DNA of 64,000 bases from contig CALDNA010000023.1 of the NCBI GenBank assembly GCA_937915175.1, positions 4,713 through 68,712 of the forward strand, written 5' to 3'. The position numbers and the translations under genes were made by a program. Shown here one piece after another: positions 25,852 through 35,423 of this stretch; the stretch's first letter is position 1, and each line of letters begins with the position of its first letter. This DNA comes from an uncultured euryarchaeote (GTDB lineage Archaea > Thermoplasmatota > Poseidoniia > Poseidoniales > Poseidoniaceae). The notes under the pieces are model-generated. The model did no database searches and was not told where the DNA came from. It was given only the letters and a program-made list of their open reading frames with translations.

Positions 25852-26916
25852 TCACATCGCGTACCTAAGCAAGGCAATAGCTCCGCCCATACCGACCAAT
25901 TGCTGACCAGCATCATGATCGACTGAACATTGAATCATTGTAGCGCCAATATCGGCCAACCCTTCGGCCCATATCGCCCAAGTCTTTCCGTTGATTCTTT
26001 GGTCTTGGTTGCGGAGCAAATCTGCTGTGATCAAAAACACTTCAATAGCGCCTTCATCCATCGCTTTAGCCAGCGCTTCCGGACCGTAAGCCACAGCCCC
26101 ATTGGTCGATAGGCGAGTCCAAGCTTCGTCCAAAAGGGAGGTTTCTTTGGAAATAGCGTATTCACTCAACAGGTCTCCTGCAAGGCCTTCTCGAAGCAGT
26201 TCATTGGCTCCGGCTCTGCCTGCCATCGAAGTGGCAATTGATTTCATGAATCTCGTGTGCCCTAATGCCTTCATGTCGCTGAGGAGGACATCTCTTGGAT
26301 GACCGGGCCCGCATAGCAACAGTGGCGTGGATTCATCGAGGGTTGCGGTCACTGCTTTGATGACGTTGCTGCGAAATGTTGCGGCGATACCGGAAGACTG
26401 CTTGAGGTCACCTCGCTTTCCTCCACCTCGCATGGTCCAAGTCGCCCCTTCCTTGAGGCCCCTTGGTGTAATGTAGAACAGGACAATTTCATCCGTTTCA
26501 ACCATCGCGAGTGCTATGTTGGTTTGTTGAGCTGCTTTTTCAGATTGTCGCAGAAGTTCGTAATCTGCCTGTGAAAAGGCGTGGATTGCTGTTAATTCAA
26601 CATCATTGCGTAGTTCGACAATGTGGGTGTGGTGGAGCCCAACATCGAATTGTGCTTCCTCGATCAAACCGTGTACACGGAGCAGTTCACTGAACGCCTG
26701 GTACTCAGTTGTAGCAATCTTCAGTCGTATCCACATTTTCTTTCGCTCGGCAACCTTTGCTCGACCGCCTTCTTCTCCGGTAGTCGTTTGGTCGCGGCGT
26801 TCTCCAAGCATACCGATGCTTAGCCCGGGTCTTGCAAGATGGGATAAGGTCCACAAGTCATCTTCTGATTCAATCCGCAAACGCCACTTGGTGGGTTCTC
26901 GCTTGAGGATTTTCAT
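25852..26916 (-). CDS. pelA: mRNA surveillance / ribosome rescue protein Pelota (Dom34)
   Basis: ESEDDLWTL, LRVHGLI, GLHHT, GPG, AVAYG, GAIEVFLI, HDAGQQL..MGGAIALLRY. Confidence 0.93.
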   Translation of the reverse strand: MKILKREPTKWRLRIESEDDLWTLSHLARPGLSIGMLGERRDQTTTGEEGGRAKVAERKKMWIRLKIATTEYQAFSELLRVHGLIEEAQFDVGLHHTHIVELRNDVELTAIHAFSQADYELLRQSEKAAQQTNIALAMVETDEIVLFYITPRGLKEGATWTMRGGGKRGDLKQSSGIAATFRSNVIKAVTATLDESTPLLLCGPGHPRDVLLSDMKALGHTRFMKSIATSMAGRAGANELLREGLAGDLLSEYAISKETSLLDEAWTRLSTNGAVAYGPEALAKAMDEGAIEVFLITADLLRNQDQRINGKTWAIWAEGLADIGATMIQCSVDHDAGQQLVGMGGAIALLRYAM

Positions 26917-26921
26917 TCAGT

Positions 26922-28637
26922 TCACCCAAAGACGCCAGTGAGTTGGCCGTTTTCGTCCATGTCCATGTCTGCTGCTGCAGGGCGCTTTGGTAGACCTGGC
27001 ATGGTCATCATGTTGCCAAGTACGGCCACGATGAATCCTGCTCCTGCATTCAGTCGGAACTCCCGGACTGGAATTGTGAAGCCAACAGGTGCTCCCAACA
27101 GCCCTGCATCATGCGAAAACGAATACTGAGTTTTTGCCATGCATACAGGAAGATGGCCGTAACCCCACGATTCAATGGCAGCAAGTTGTTTCATGGCTTT
27201 TGTGTCAACTTCTACGCCTTCTGCTTTGTAGATGCGCTTGGCAATGCCGTTGACCTTGTCCATAACCGGTGCGTCCTTGGTGAACAGCGGAGTGAAAGGG
27301 CGGCCTGCAGCCACGTGATCTTGGATGGCAGAGACAACGGCTCGGGCTAATTCTTCGCCACCGGCTCCACCTTTGGCATGAACTTCAGTCATGGTAACCG
27401 CATGAGCCCCACTTGCTCGTGCTTGGGCGGCGAGCGCATCAAGTTCGCCGTCTGTATCGGCAGTAAACCGGTTGATTGAGACGATTACGGGCATGCCAAA
27501 ACCAGCCATGTTGCGGATGTGGCGGTCGAGGTTTCCTTGGGCGCCACGGGTGACTGCGTCGATGTTCTCCTCATCGAGTTCCTCCCTCGATGGACGGTAG
27601 CCACCACGGCTCCCGAACGCTCCTCCGTGCAGTTTCATAGAACGCACGGTGACGTTCATGACTACACAATCGGGGGCTTTTCCTGAAGTAGCGGCTTTGA
27701 TGTGCATGAACTTCTCAGCGCCCATATCGGAACCAAATCCTGCTTCCGTGACCACAATATCTGCTGCGCCGAGCGCCAATCGGTCGGCGATGATGCTCGA
27801 ATTGCCATGAGCAATGTTGGCAAAAGGCCCACCGTGGATGAAAGCAGGGTTTCCTTCGAGGGTTTGGACTAAATTAGGTAAAAAGGCATTGCGCAAGAGC
27901 AAGGCCATTGCTCCAGCTGCCTCAATCTCTTCCGCTTTTACCGGACGTCCTTCTGTGGATTGTCCGACAACGATATCGCCAAGTCGACGGCGTAGGTCTT
28001 CGTAGTCATTGGCGAGCACCAGGATCGCCATCACTTCACTTGCGGCGGTGATGTCGAATCGGTCTTGGCGTGGATTTCCATTTGCAGGACCGCCAAGCCC
28101 GACGGTTATGCTGCGCAGGGCTCGATCGTTCATGTCAATCACTCGAGGCCAGAAGATCCTTGTCGGATCTAATTTGGTCGCATTGCCATGCTTGATGTGG
28201 TTGTCCACCAGTGCGGAAAGAAGGTTGTGCGCCGAAGTTACAGCATGAAGATCTCCAGTGAAATGGAGGTTGATGTCTTCCATTGGAAGCACTTGCGATT
28301 GGCCCCCACCTGCGGCACCCCCCTTGATTCCGAATACGGGACCCATGGATGGTTCACGAATAACGCACGTTGCTGATTGATCGATTGCACACAAGGCCTG
28401 AGTCAAGCCAATTGTTGTGACTGTTTTACCTTCTCCAAACGGCGTAGGATTGACCGAAGTGACGAGAACGAGGCTGCCTTGCGGGCGTGAAAAGCGTTCA
28501 CTGAGGGCTTCCCAAGTGATCTTTGCCATGCCCTTACCCATGGGTATCAACTCATGGCTCGAGATGCCCAATTTCCATGCAATGGTTTCAATGGGCTCTA
28601 AGGAAGCCGCTCGAGCAATTTCTAAGTCACTGGCCAT
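26922..28637 (-). CDS. fhs: Formate--tetrahydrofolate ligase
   Basis: PTPFGEGKTVTTIGL, REPSMGPVFGIKGGAAGGG, HGGPFANIAHG, VTEAGFGSDMGAEKF, CMAKTQYSFS, MTMPGLP. Confidence 0.97.
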   Translation of the reverse strand: MASDLEIARAASLEPIETIAWKLGISSHELIPMGKGMAKITWEALSERFSRPQGSLVLVTSVNPTPFGEGKTVTTIGLTQALCAIDQSATCVIREPSMGPVFGIKGGAAGGGQSQVLPMEDINLHFTGDLHAVTSAHNLLSALVDNHIKHGNATKLDPTRIFWPRVIDMNDRALRSITVGLGGPANGNPRQDRFDITAASEVMAILVLANDYEDLRRRLGDIVVGQSTEGRPVKAEEIEAAGAMALLLRNAFLPNLVQTLEGNPAFIHGGPFANIAHGNSSIIADRLALGAADIVVTEAGFGSDMGAEKFMHIKAATSGKAPDCVVMNVTVRSMKLHGGAFGSRGGYRPSREELDEENIDAVTRGAQGNLDRHIRNMAGFGMPVIVSINRFTADTDGELDALAAQARASGAHAVTMTEVHAKGGAGGEELARAVVSAIQDHVAAGRPFTPLFTKDAPVMDKVNGIAKRIYKAEGVEVDTKAMKQLAAIESWGYGHLPVCMAKTQYSFSHDAGLLGAPVGFTIPVREFRLNAGAGFIVAVLGNMMTMPGLPKRPAAADMDMDENGQLTGVFG

Positions 28638-28732
28638 GGACCTTGTACCGTGTGGTTATGGCTTTCAATCCCTCGGGTGGATGGGGGTTTTGCAATGGGT
28701 TTTGGCAACCCATTTTGAAGCGCCGTGAGGAC

Positions 28733-30121
28733 TCAATCTTCTTTGACTCGTCCGAGGTATTCTGGCAGTTCTACACCAGCCATCTTGGCAACATCGTGCA
28801 CAGGTGGGAGGCTTTGCATCAACGAGGAGATGAAGTTGGAAGTGGATCCGCCTTCGCCGTTTGCGCCACCGTTTCCGGAGTCCCAAACGGTAATCTTGTC
28901 AATCTTGAGGTTGGAGATTGCTTCAGTTTGTCGTGCAACCAATTCTTCCATCTTCTCGACCATGAGGAGTGTGGCAGCAGCCTTTGCATCGCCACCAGCG
29001 CTTGCCACGAGCTTTTGGTATCCAACTGCCTTTGCTTCAAGCACGGCTCTGGTACCTTCTGCTTCTGCTTGGTATCGAGCGAGGGTTGCATCGGCTTGTC
29101 CCCTTGCGATTCGGCGTTGTCGCTCTGCTTCTGCTTCCGCAGCGATTTCGACAGTCTTCTTCGAAACTTCTTCACGAACAACTTCCAAAGCGCGCAATCG
29201 CTCGCCTTCGAGTTCATACTGAGCGGATTCGATATCCTTCTGTGCGTTACGCTGAGCGACTTCAGCACGCTTTCGCGCATCGGCTTGCTTGACAATGAGG
29301 TCTGCTTCAAAGTCAGCAATTTCTGCGGCAGCAACGTTTTCACCTTGCTTACCCATTGCTTCTTGCTGCATGACGAAAACACGTCGGTTGACTTCTGCTT
29401 CCTTCTGGCCCTTTTCGGACTCAGCGGAGTTTTGTGCAACACCAACTTCACGCTCTCGGTCTGCCTTGGCCTGACCAAGTTCACCAGTCGAGCGAGCAAT
29501 GGCGGTCTCCACGAGTGCTTCGTTGACAGCGGTTTCTGCGGCTTTGGTACCAATCGATTCGATGTATTGTCGCTCGTCGGTGATGTCGACCACGTTGACG
29601 TTGATGAGGTAAAGTCCGAGCTTGTGCAGTTCTGTGTCGACGTTGGTAAACACAATTCGTAGGAATGAATCACGGTCCTGGTTGACTTGCTCGATGGTGA
29701 GCGAAGCAACGGTCAATCGGAGTTGTCCGAAAATGATGTCTTCTGCAAGTTTTTCGATGTCGCTCTGTGGAAGGCCGAGCAGTCGAGTAGCAGCGTTCTG
29801 CATGATCGAAGGCTCAGTTGAGATTCCGATTGTGAACGATGAAGGGACGTTGATGCGGATGTTTTGCTTTGAAAGAGCGTGCTTAAGAGGGATGTTAAGG
29901 GTCATTGGGCGCAGTGACAAGTAGGCGTAGTGTTGAATCAAAGGCCAAACAATCTTTCCACCACCGTGGATACATTCTGCCGATTGTTTATTTTTCACGT
30001 TACCATAGACGACGAGAATTTGGTCAGATGGTGCGAGTTTGTATCTCTGAGTTGCAACATAGATTGTCCCGAGGAGTACAAAAAGGAAAAGTCCAATTCC
30101 GATTACGAATAGTTCTGCCAT
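28733..30121 (-). CDS. Flotillin (SPFH/band 7) protein, FloT/YqiK-like
   Basis: N-terminal TM; SPFH domain (ALSKQNIRINVP, IIFGQLRL, LGLYLINVNV); AE-rich coiled coil; KIDKITVWDSG and LPPVHD tail. Confidence 0.93.
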   Translation of the reverse strand: MAELFVIGIGLFLFVLLGTIYVATQRYKLAPSDQILVVYGNVKNKQSAECIHGGGKIVWPLIQHYAYLSLRPMTLNIPLKHALSKQNIRINVPSSFTIGISTEPSIMQNAATRLLGLPQSDIEKLAEDIIFGQLRLTVASLTIEQVNQDRDSFLRIVFTNVDTELHKLGLYLINVNVVDITDERQYIESIGTKAAETAVNEALVETAIARSTGELGQAKADREREVGVAQNSAESEKGQKEAEVNRRVFVMQQEAMGKQGENVAAAEIADFEADLIVKQADARKRAEVAQRNAQKDIESAQYELEGERLRALEVVREEVSKKTVEIAAEAEAERQRRIARGQADATLARYQAEAEGTRAVLEAKAVGYQKLVASAGGDAKAAATLLMVEKMEELVARQTEAISNLKIDKITVWDSGNGGANGEGGSTSNFISSLMQSLPPVHDVAKMAGVELPEYLGRVKED

Positions 30122-30212
30122 GTTATTCCCATGTACACCGACCTTTAAGACCTTTCACCCGACTAAAGAGCGTGCGTAATGGGGGCTGAGTGGGTTGATG
30201 GCGGCAGAAAAT

Positions 30213-30833
30213 TCACTCGGGTGCTGTCTCTTTGAGGCTTAATTCTTTAACGATTAATGTCTCTCCGATGGTTCGGATGACTTCCACAAATTTGCCAGTT
30301 TCCAAAGTTGCAGTGTCGTCTTCCAATACAGCAGAGCAGGTTCGAAGCGCACTTTGGAATTCGACCTGAACTTGACCAGATTGGCCTGGTGGGATGGTCA
30401 TGTAGACTTGGCCTTGTGCACCAATTGCTTGATCGTGTTGAACTGTAGCGTCAACTTCGAGGCTTTTCAACATCTGAAACACCTTTCCAATGAGCCACAT
30501 GGAAATCGTTCCTGCAATTGTTCCTGCGAGAATCGCCAGTGTTGGTATCTGTGTTTCCATATTCACTGCGAGGCCAAAAATTCCAAACATCATTAAGAAG
30601 CTGAGTAACCCTTGAATTGTGAGCATGTTAAAAACGCCTTCTGCTCCCATTTCGAGATCAATGTCAACGCCAACCGCACCAAGAGCTCCATCGGCAACGC
30701 CGCCTATCAAAATAAGTGCAAAGTAAATCAAGAACAGAAATGTACCAACAATAGCCATTGCTGCGAAAAGGATATCGATGCCGCCGATGTCTCCCAAGCC
30801 GATAAGTTCGAGGAAATTAGTTAGTAGACTCAT
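30213..30833 (-). CDS. NfeD-like (YuaF-type) flotillin partner membrane protein, ~206 aa
   Basis: Three TMs followed by a C-terminal OB fold (IGAQGQVYMTIP..SGQVQV..A...LETGKFVEV). Lies directly upstream of flotillin. Start moved to ATG 30833. Confidence 0.82.
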   Translation of the reverse strand: MSLLTNFLELIGLGDIGGIDILFAAMAIVGTFLFLIYFALILIGGVADGALGAVGVDIDLEMGAEGVFNMLTIQGLLSFLMMFGIFGLAVNMETQIPTLAILAGTIAGTISMWLIGKVFQMLKSLEVDATVQHDQAIGAQGQVYMTIPPGQSGQVQVEFQSALRTCSAVLEDDTATLETGKFVEVIRTIGETLIVKELSLKETAPE

Positions 30834-30867
30834 AGTGTAACCCAGTTGTTGATAGAGGCTTAGGACT

Positions 30868-31119
30868 TCAATCTTCTCCCAAGTTCTGTCTTCGAAGTGG
30901 ACGGATGTAAATGAAATAGTAATGCCCATAGACAATCGGACCAAGTGAAGCGCCAACCACGATTCCAACACCCCAGTCCGGCAAACTCAGAGCAATTGCA
31001 AGGGCTATTACTATGAGCAATGCGATCAAGATTGAGGCTTTCTCCAATATGATGAAAATTGGGTTCGTGCCCTCATTGACGCGTTCCTTCATCAGGAATA
31101 CGTCCATCAATCCAGTCAT
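30868..31119 (-). CDS. Small two-TM membrane protein, 83 aa
   Basis: Hydrophobic hairpin (ASILIALLIVIALAIAL; WGVGIVVGASLGPIVYG) with a basic tail; GGTG upstream; 9 nt from the preceding gene. Confidence 0.65.
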   Translation of the reverse strand: MTGLMDVFLMKERVNEGTNPIFIILEKASILIALLIVIALAIALSLPDWGVGIVVGASLGPIVYGHYYFIYIRPLRRQNLGED

Positions 31120-31128
31120 GTCTGCACC

Positions 31129-31485
31129 TTAATTGAAGATCAGGCCTGTTCCTGCTGCCTCGTTTATTACGACCACAAACAGGTAAAGCAGGACAATGAA
31201 CATCACAGGATTACGGCCCTTTTGGGCTCCAAGTGGGTCTGTATTTTCGTTAAGGAATGACTCATGGAGGTCATAATTTCCATTAAGCTGAATCTCTTTC
31301 TGTTGTCTTTTCGATTGGAAAATGATGAGCATAGTGGTGGTGATCACCACTGCCAGTGGCGCTCCAATCAGGAGGCCGAGTGAGTCTTGTAGTTCTACCC
31401 ACATCGAAGCGGTGAAGTATACACCGAGAAGTCCTGTGAGCAGAGAAATTGTATTTGATTTCGCTCCCTCTATTGCGTTCTGCAT
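31129..31485 (-). CDS. Small three-TM membrane protein, ~118 aa
   Basis: Three hydrophobic segments. Start moved to ATG 31485, which has TTCAAA 29 nt upstream and removes the overlap with the divergent gene. Confidence 0.6.
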   Translation of the reverse strand: MQNAIEGAKSNTISLLTGLLGVYFTASMWVELQDSLGLLIGAPLAVVITTTMLIIFQSKRQQKEIQLNGNYDLHESFLNENTDPLGAQKGRNPVMFIVLLYLFVVVINEAAGTGLIFN

Positions 31486-31578
31486 GGGTTTGCTAGGGAT
31501 GCCTCCTTTTTGAATCCTATCCCGTTTCCCTTCATATCTTAGGGAGAGGTTGAAGGAGGGACGATGCATCTTTGGCCC

Positions 31579-32595
31579 ATGGGTCGGGTTCGCTATGCGG
31601 TTGCAGGCAACCCCGTTGCACATTCACTCTCGCCCTTATTGCTTGGTTTAGTTCATGCCCGACTTTTGGATTTGCTCGGTAAGAAAGAACTCAATCTCGG
31701 TTTGGAATCGAGTAATTTAGTCCCAACCTCAACGATCGAGGGGGCCTTGGCATGGGGCTATGCTGGCGCAGTCCCGGACCCACCAGATTGGGTCTACACG
31801 GGCGCCCCCTTCGGTAAATTCCGCACTTCGAAGTTACTTGAAAAAGCAATACTTGTTGGTATGGCAATCGAAGACGCCGATGAGCGTTTTTCACCTGTTG
31901 GGGAAGAAGACTTTTTGGCTCACCCACTCGATTCAAAACAACCCCCGCTGACGCCCTTGCCAACCGGCTTTCTCAGCACAGAAATATGGGCCAACTTGAC
32001 AACGCCGCTCAAGCACCAACTTTCAAGCAATGCAGTTTCAGCCATCGACGCTTCGATGGAATACCAATGCGTCAATGCGCTGCGCTGGGACGGACAGGGT
32101 TGGTGGTGCGCTGGGCTTGATGGCGCTGGCGTGGTTTCGCTGGCTAAGCATTTTGGCATCGATTTCCAAGAATCACCTGTGCTTTCGATTTGTGGTGGGG
32201 GTGGTGCAGCACGTTCCGTTGTCGCTGCATGGCTTGCAGCAGGGGGGGGCGTCCACACAGCTCTATCAAGACGCAAATTACCAGACAGCCTACGGACGTC
32301 TTGCACTGCATCCGGTAAAGATGCGGTTTTTGCTGTCAACTTTGATTCAGAATACAATTCCGCAGAAGCCCCTTTGATCCTCAATGCAACCTACCGGGCG
32401 TTCCATGGTGACACCGAAGCAATGCTCTCCTCGATGATGGCAACCGGATTAAATGGTCGATGGCTCCTTGTCGCACAACATTTGGCATGTTGGTCAGAAT
32501 TGTGGGCGCCGCATCTTCGAGAGGTCCTCCCATCGATTGATTTGCTTCTTACACAACTGATTCACGCCGAGGCGCTTCTCAACGAGTACGCATGA
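31579..32595 (+). CDS. Divergent shikimate dehydrogenase-like (AroE family) protein, ~338 aa
   Basis: YAVAGNPVAHSLSP, ANLTTPLK, CVNAL, GLDGAG, GGGGAARS, NAT, NGRWLLVAQ. Start could be 31564 or 31579; TTGAAG lies 29 nt before 31579. Confidence 0.75.
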   Translation: MGRVRYAVAGNPVAHSLSPLLLGLVHARLLDLLGKKELNLGLESSNLVPTSTIEGALAWGYAGAVPDPPDWVYTGAPFGKFRTSKLLEKAILVGMAIEDADERFSPVGEEDFLAHPLDSKQPPLTPLPTGFLSTEIWANLTTPLKHQLSSNAVSAIDASMEYQCVNALRWDGQGWWCAGLDGAGVVSLAKHFGIDFQESPVLSICGGGGAARSVVAAWLAAGGGVHTALSRRKLPDSLRTSCTASGKDAVFAVNFDSEYNSAEAPLILNATYRAFHGDTEAMLSSMMATGLNGRWLLVAQHLACWSELWAPHLREVLPSIDLLLTQLIHAEALLNEYA

Positions 32596-32649
32596 TGGAA
32601 CAAAAATGAAAACATCCAACGCAGACGGCTACAACAGGAGGAGACGCTG

Positions 32650-35418
32650 ATGAGACGAAATTTTTCTGCTTTCTTCCTCACATTCCTTCTTGCGTTGATG
32701 CCGCTTCAATCCGTTGCTGAGGTTCATCCGTCCGAATCCGCTGATTTCGAAGAAGTCCACACTGGTCCAGATTACCCAGTGGGGTGGTTTGATGGTCATT
32801 ACGGCGATGATGGTGAACATATACATTACCGACTGATTTACCCTGGTATGGAAGATGGTGAGTCCGCAAACATGGCGGGCAATGGTCCGTTCACTTGGAT
32901 TCAATTCTTCGGCGATGACGGAGAAGAACTCGAAGACTACATGCAGGTGTCCACGCTTCTGGCCAAACGTGGTCACATCGTTGTGGTTCACTTGGGCGTT
33001 TCCGATGCCACTGACTTCGATCGAACACTCACCGATATTCAAACAGTCTATGAGTACATGGTGATGCTCAATGAATCCAATGACGTAATCATGGGATCGT
33101 TCGGTCAAATTGATTTGAATCACTGGGGCCTTGGTGGTCACGGCCACGGCGCCGCTTCTGCTTACGGCGTACTGCCGTTTTGGAACGAAAGAAGCGGTAC
33201 ACCAGGAGCACAACCGCCCCGGGGTGTGTTTGGTCTTGGTGCTGACTTCAGTTCTTGGCCAGCAGGTGAACACTGGACCACTCTTGCACCTTCGGATTGG
33301 AGCGTTGACCCTGCCATACCTTCAACCGGACTTTTCATCACCGGGACCTTGGATGGGGTCTCTGAATTCAATGAAGTCACGGATGTGCTGGGAGCCAGCG
33401 ACCAACTGGGTTGGCACGCCATGCAACTTCTTGGGGCCAATCATTACCAATTCCAGGACAGCACATCCTTCACAGAAGGGTTCGGGGACGAGGATGCTTC
33501 AATCACTCAAGAAGAGCAACTTCAACGATCAGTTGAGCATGTGGTTCCCTACCTCAACGTCATGCTTCATGGGGACCATGATTCGTTTCGATCTGCTTTT
33601 AATCGCCCAAACGCCCCGAACACGCTCAGCGATGCAAACTCCTACCTTGAAGAAAATTTACAGGCCAGCCACTTCGTCAACATTCTCAACCAAACCTTTG
33701 CCCCGGCAAACACGACCACCTTCAACACCCAAGACACCGTCAATTGGCGCGTGGATTGGACCTTGCGCAACGGGACATCGTCTGCTCAAATCCCTTCGAA
33801 TTGGCTCGTCGAGATCGAATGCACCGTTAGCGGAATGACGCCCACATCAGGTTCGATGACTTCCTCGAACCAAGCAGAGTGCTTGTTTCCAATGGCCAAT
33901 GTAGCACCAGGCGAGCACGTCATGAGCATGCAAATCAAAGTTGAAGGTGCTCCGACAACCCTCCATCAAGCGTTCAACCGTACCGATGCCCCACTGATGT
34001 TTACTTCTCCGATTCCTTACATCGATGTTGAACAACGCAGCAGTACCGAAGTTGAAGCGAATTTGTTCGCATCCGATCCCGACGGGCAATCTGTCCTTTT
34101 CGTTGAAGCGGATATCACAGGCGGCTCAGTTGAGGATTTCAGCGCCTCAATCAACAGCGACGGCTTAAGCGTCACCATTTACCACACGGCGAATGGAGAG
34201 GAAGTGGCAGGAGCTGACGTGCGCTTGAAGGTCCGCGCTTCCGGTGATGGCGTAGTGGACGAAGGAGAAATCACCGCCTTGATTCGGGTTATTCCAGTCG
34301 ATGACCCAGTTGTTGTGCTTGGTTCGGTGCCGATGCAAAACATGGTTGAAGACGGCCCCGCGACCACGATCCTCTTGTCGGATTATGTCAGTGATCCCGA
34401 AGGCGAGGTGCTCTTTGGAAGCATATCTGGAGAAACTGAAGGCCAGAACGGCCCCGTGGATTTTAACATTCTTGATGATGTCCTGACGATGACACCACGC
34501 CCTAACATGAACGGGGCCTCAGTGCTCCACCTTCTCGTCGGCGACGGGGTCAATGCACCGGTGGAACTTGATGTACCGCTTTACATCGAAGCCCTCAACG
34601 ATCCGATGACGGTCAACACCTCTTTTTGGGACGTGACCATCGACGAAGACGGTTCGATTGCTTTGAACCTGTCACAGATGGCTTGGGACATCGACAATGA
34701 TGTTCTTTTCTGGACCATCGCAGACGGTTCACCAAACGTGGATGTTGTTCGAGCTGCTTCTCAGATTCTAATCAGTGGTTCACTCGATTATTTTGGACTT
34801 GACACTACCGTATACCTCAATGTCTCAGACGGTGAAATCACCTACACCGCCACCATGAACATCACAGTGCTTGCTCTGCCAGATGCTCCCGCTGTCACGA
34901 TCAAAGAACTCAACCCTGTCGATGACCGCTCAGGCGGTTTGATGTGGTGGGTGTATGACCCAGATGGTTCGGTGCCTTCCGAAGCAAACATCTCAATCAA
35001 CGGGACTCAATTGGAGAATTTATCTCACTCCTGCAGTTTTGATGCTGCAGCCTCGACCAACCGCTGCTTAACCTTCCTTGAGTATCCGAACGATGCCAAC
35101 GGAACGGTTGAACTTCGCGTGGCGGTGCTTGACTCTGATTTGGGCATCGAGTCAGCAGCTTATCTCGTTGTCAATTTATCTGGCGCCATTCCAAATTCTC
35201 CTTCGAACCCAACAACGGACTCATCCCAAGGGGCCGTACCGCTGACTGCAATTGGATTAGTTGGTGGTCTTTTGCTTGCCATTGTGGCCCTCATGGTGGG
35301 GTTGAATCGGCGCCTGTCGAACCCAACTGTGCCTTCATTGACCGAGGATGAGCCAAGCGAAGAAATCTCACAACCAGTCGAAGGTGGTTTGTTGGCGCGT
35401 GCTCAAAGCAAACAGTGA
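32650..35418 (+). CDS. Secreted, membrane-anchored alpha/beta-hydrolase-fold protein lacking the nucleophile Ser, with cadherin/Ig-like repeats, 922 aa
   Basis: SD AGGAGGAG and signal peptide; LIYP, LAKRGHIVV, elbow GHGHG, ITGTLD, GANHYQF; cadherin-like ends PVDDP, ALNDP, ALPDAP; C-terminal TM + RR. Confidence 0.8.
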   Translation: MRRNFSAFFLTFLLALMPLQSVAEVHPSESADFEEVHTGPDYPVGWFDGHYGDDGEHIHYRLIYPGMEDGESANMAGNGPFTWIQFFGDDGEELEDYMQVSTLLAKRGHIVVVHLGVSDATDFDRTLTDIQTVYEYMVMLNESNDVIMGSFGQIDLNHWGLGGHGHGAASAYGVLPFWNERSGTPGAQPPRGVFGLGADFSSWPAGEHWTTLAPSDWSVDPAIPSTGLFITGTLDGVSEFNEVTDVLGASDQLGWHAMQLLGANHYQFQDSTSFTEGFGDEDASITQEEQLQRSVEHVVPYLNVMLHGDHDSFRSAFNRPNAPNTLSDANSYLEENLQASHFVNILNQTFAPANTTTFNTQDTVNWRVDWTLRNGTSSAQIPSNWLVEIECTVSGMTPTSGSMTSSNQAECLFPMANVAPGEHVMSMQIKVEGAPTTLHQAFNRTDAPLMFTSPIPYIDVEQRSSTEVEANLFASDPDGQSVLFVEADITGGSVEDFSASINSDGLSVTIYHTANGEEVAGADVRLKVRASGDGVVDEGEITALIRVIPVDDPVVVLGSVPMQNMVEDGPATTILLSDYVSDPEGEVLFGSISGETEGQNGPVDFNILDDVLTMTPRPNMNGASVLHLLVGDGVNAPVELDVPLYIEALNDPMTVNTSFWDVTIDEDGSIALNLSQMAWDIDNDVLFWTIADGSPNVDVVRAASQILISGSLDYFGLDTTVYLNVSDGEITYTATMNITVLALPDAPAVTIKELNPVDDRSGGLMWWVYDPDGSVPSEANISINGTQLENLSHSCSFDAAASTNRCLTFLEYPNDANGTVELRVAVLDSDLGIESAAYLVVNLSGAIPNSPSNPTTDSSQGAVPLTAIGLVGGLLLAIVALMVGLNRRLSNPTVPSLTEDEPSEEISQPVEGGLLARAQSKQ

Positions 35419-35423
35419 ATCGA

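Noticed and set aside
28523-29709. Long alternative ORFs over flotillin (28523..29662 + 379 aa; 28819..29709 - 296 aa)
   Set aside because: Shadow frames of an Ala/Glu/Lys-rich coiled-coil gene, with no motifs and atypical composition.
32242-32249. G8 homopolymer in the AroE-like gene as a phase-variation switch
   Set aside because: Short, in frame and explained by Gly codons; no evidence of slippage from a single sequence.
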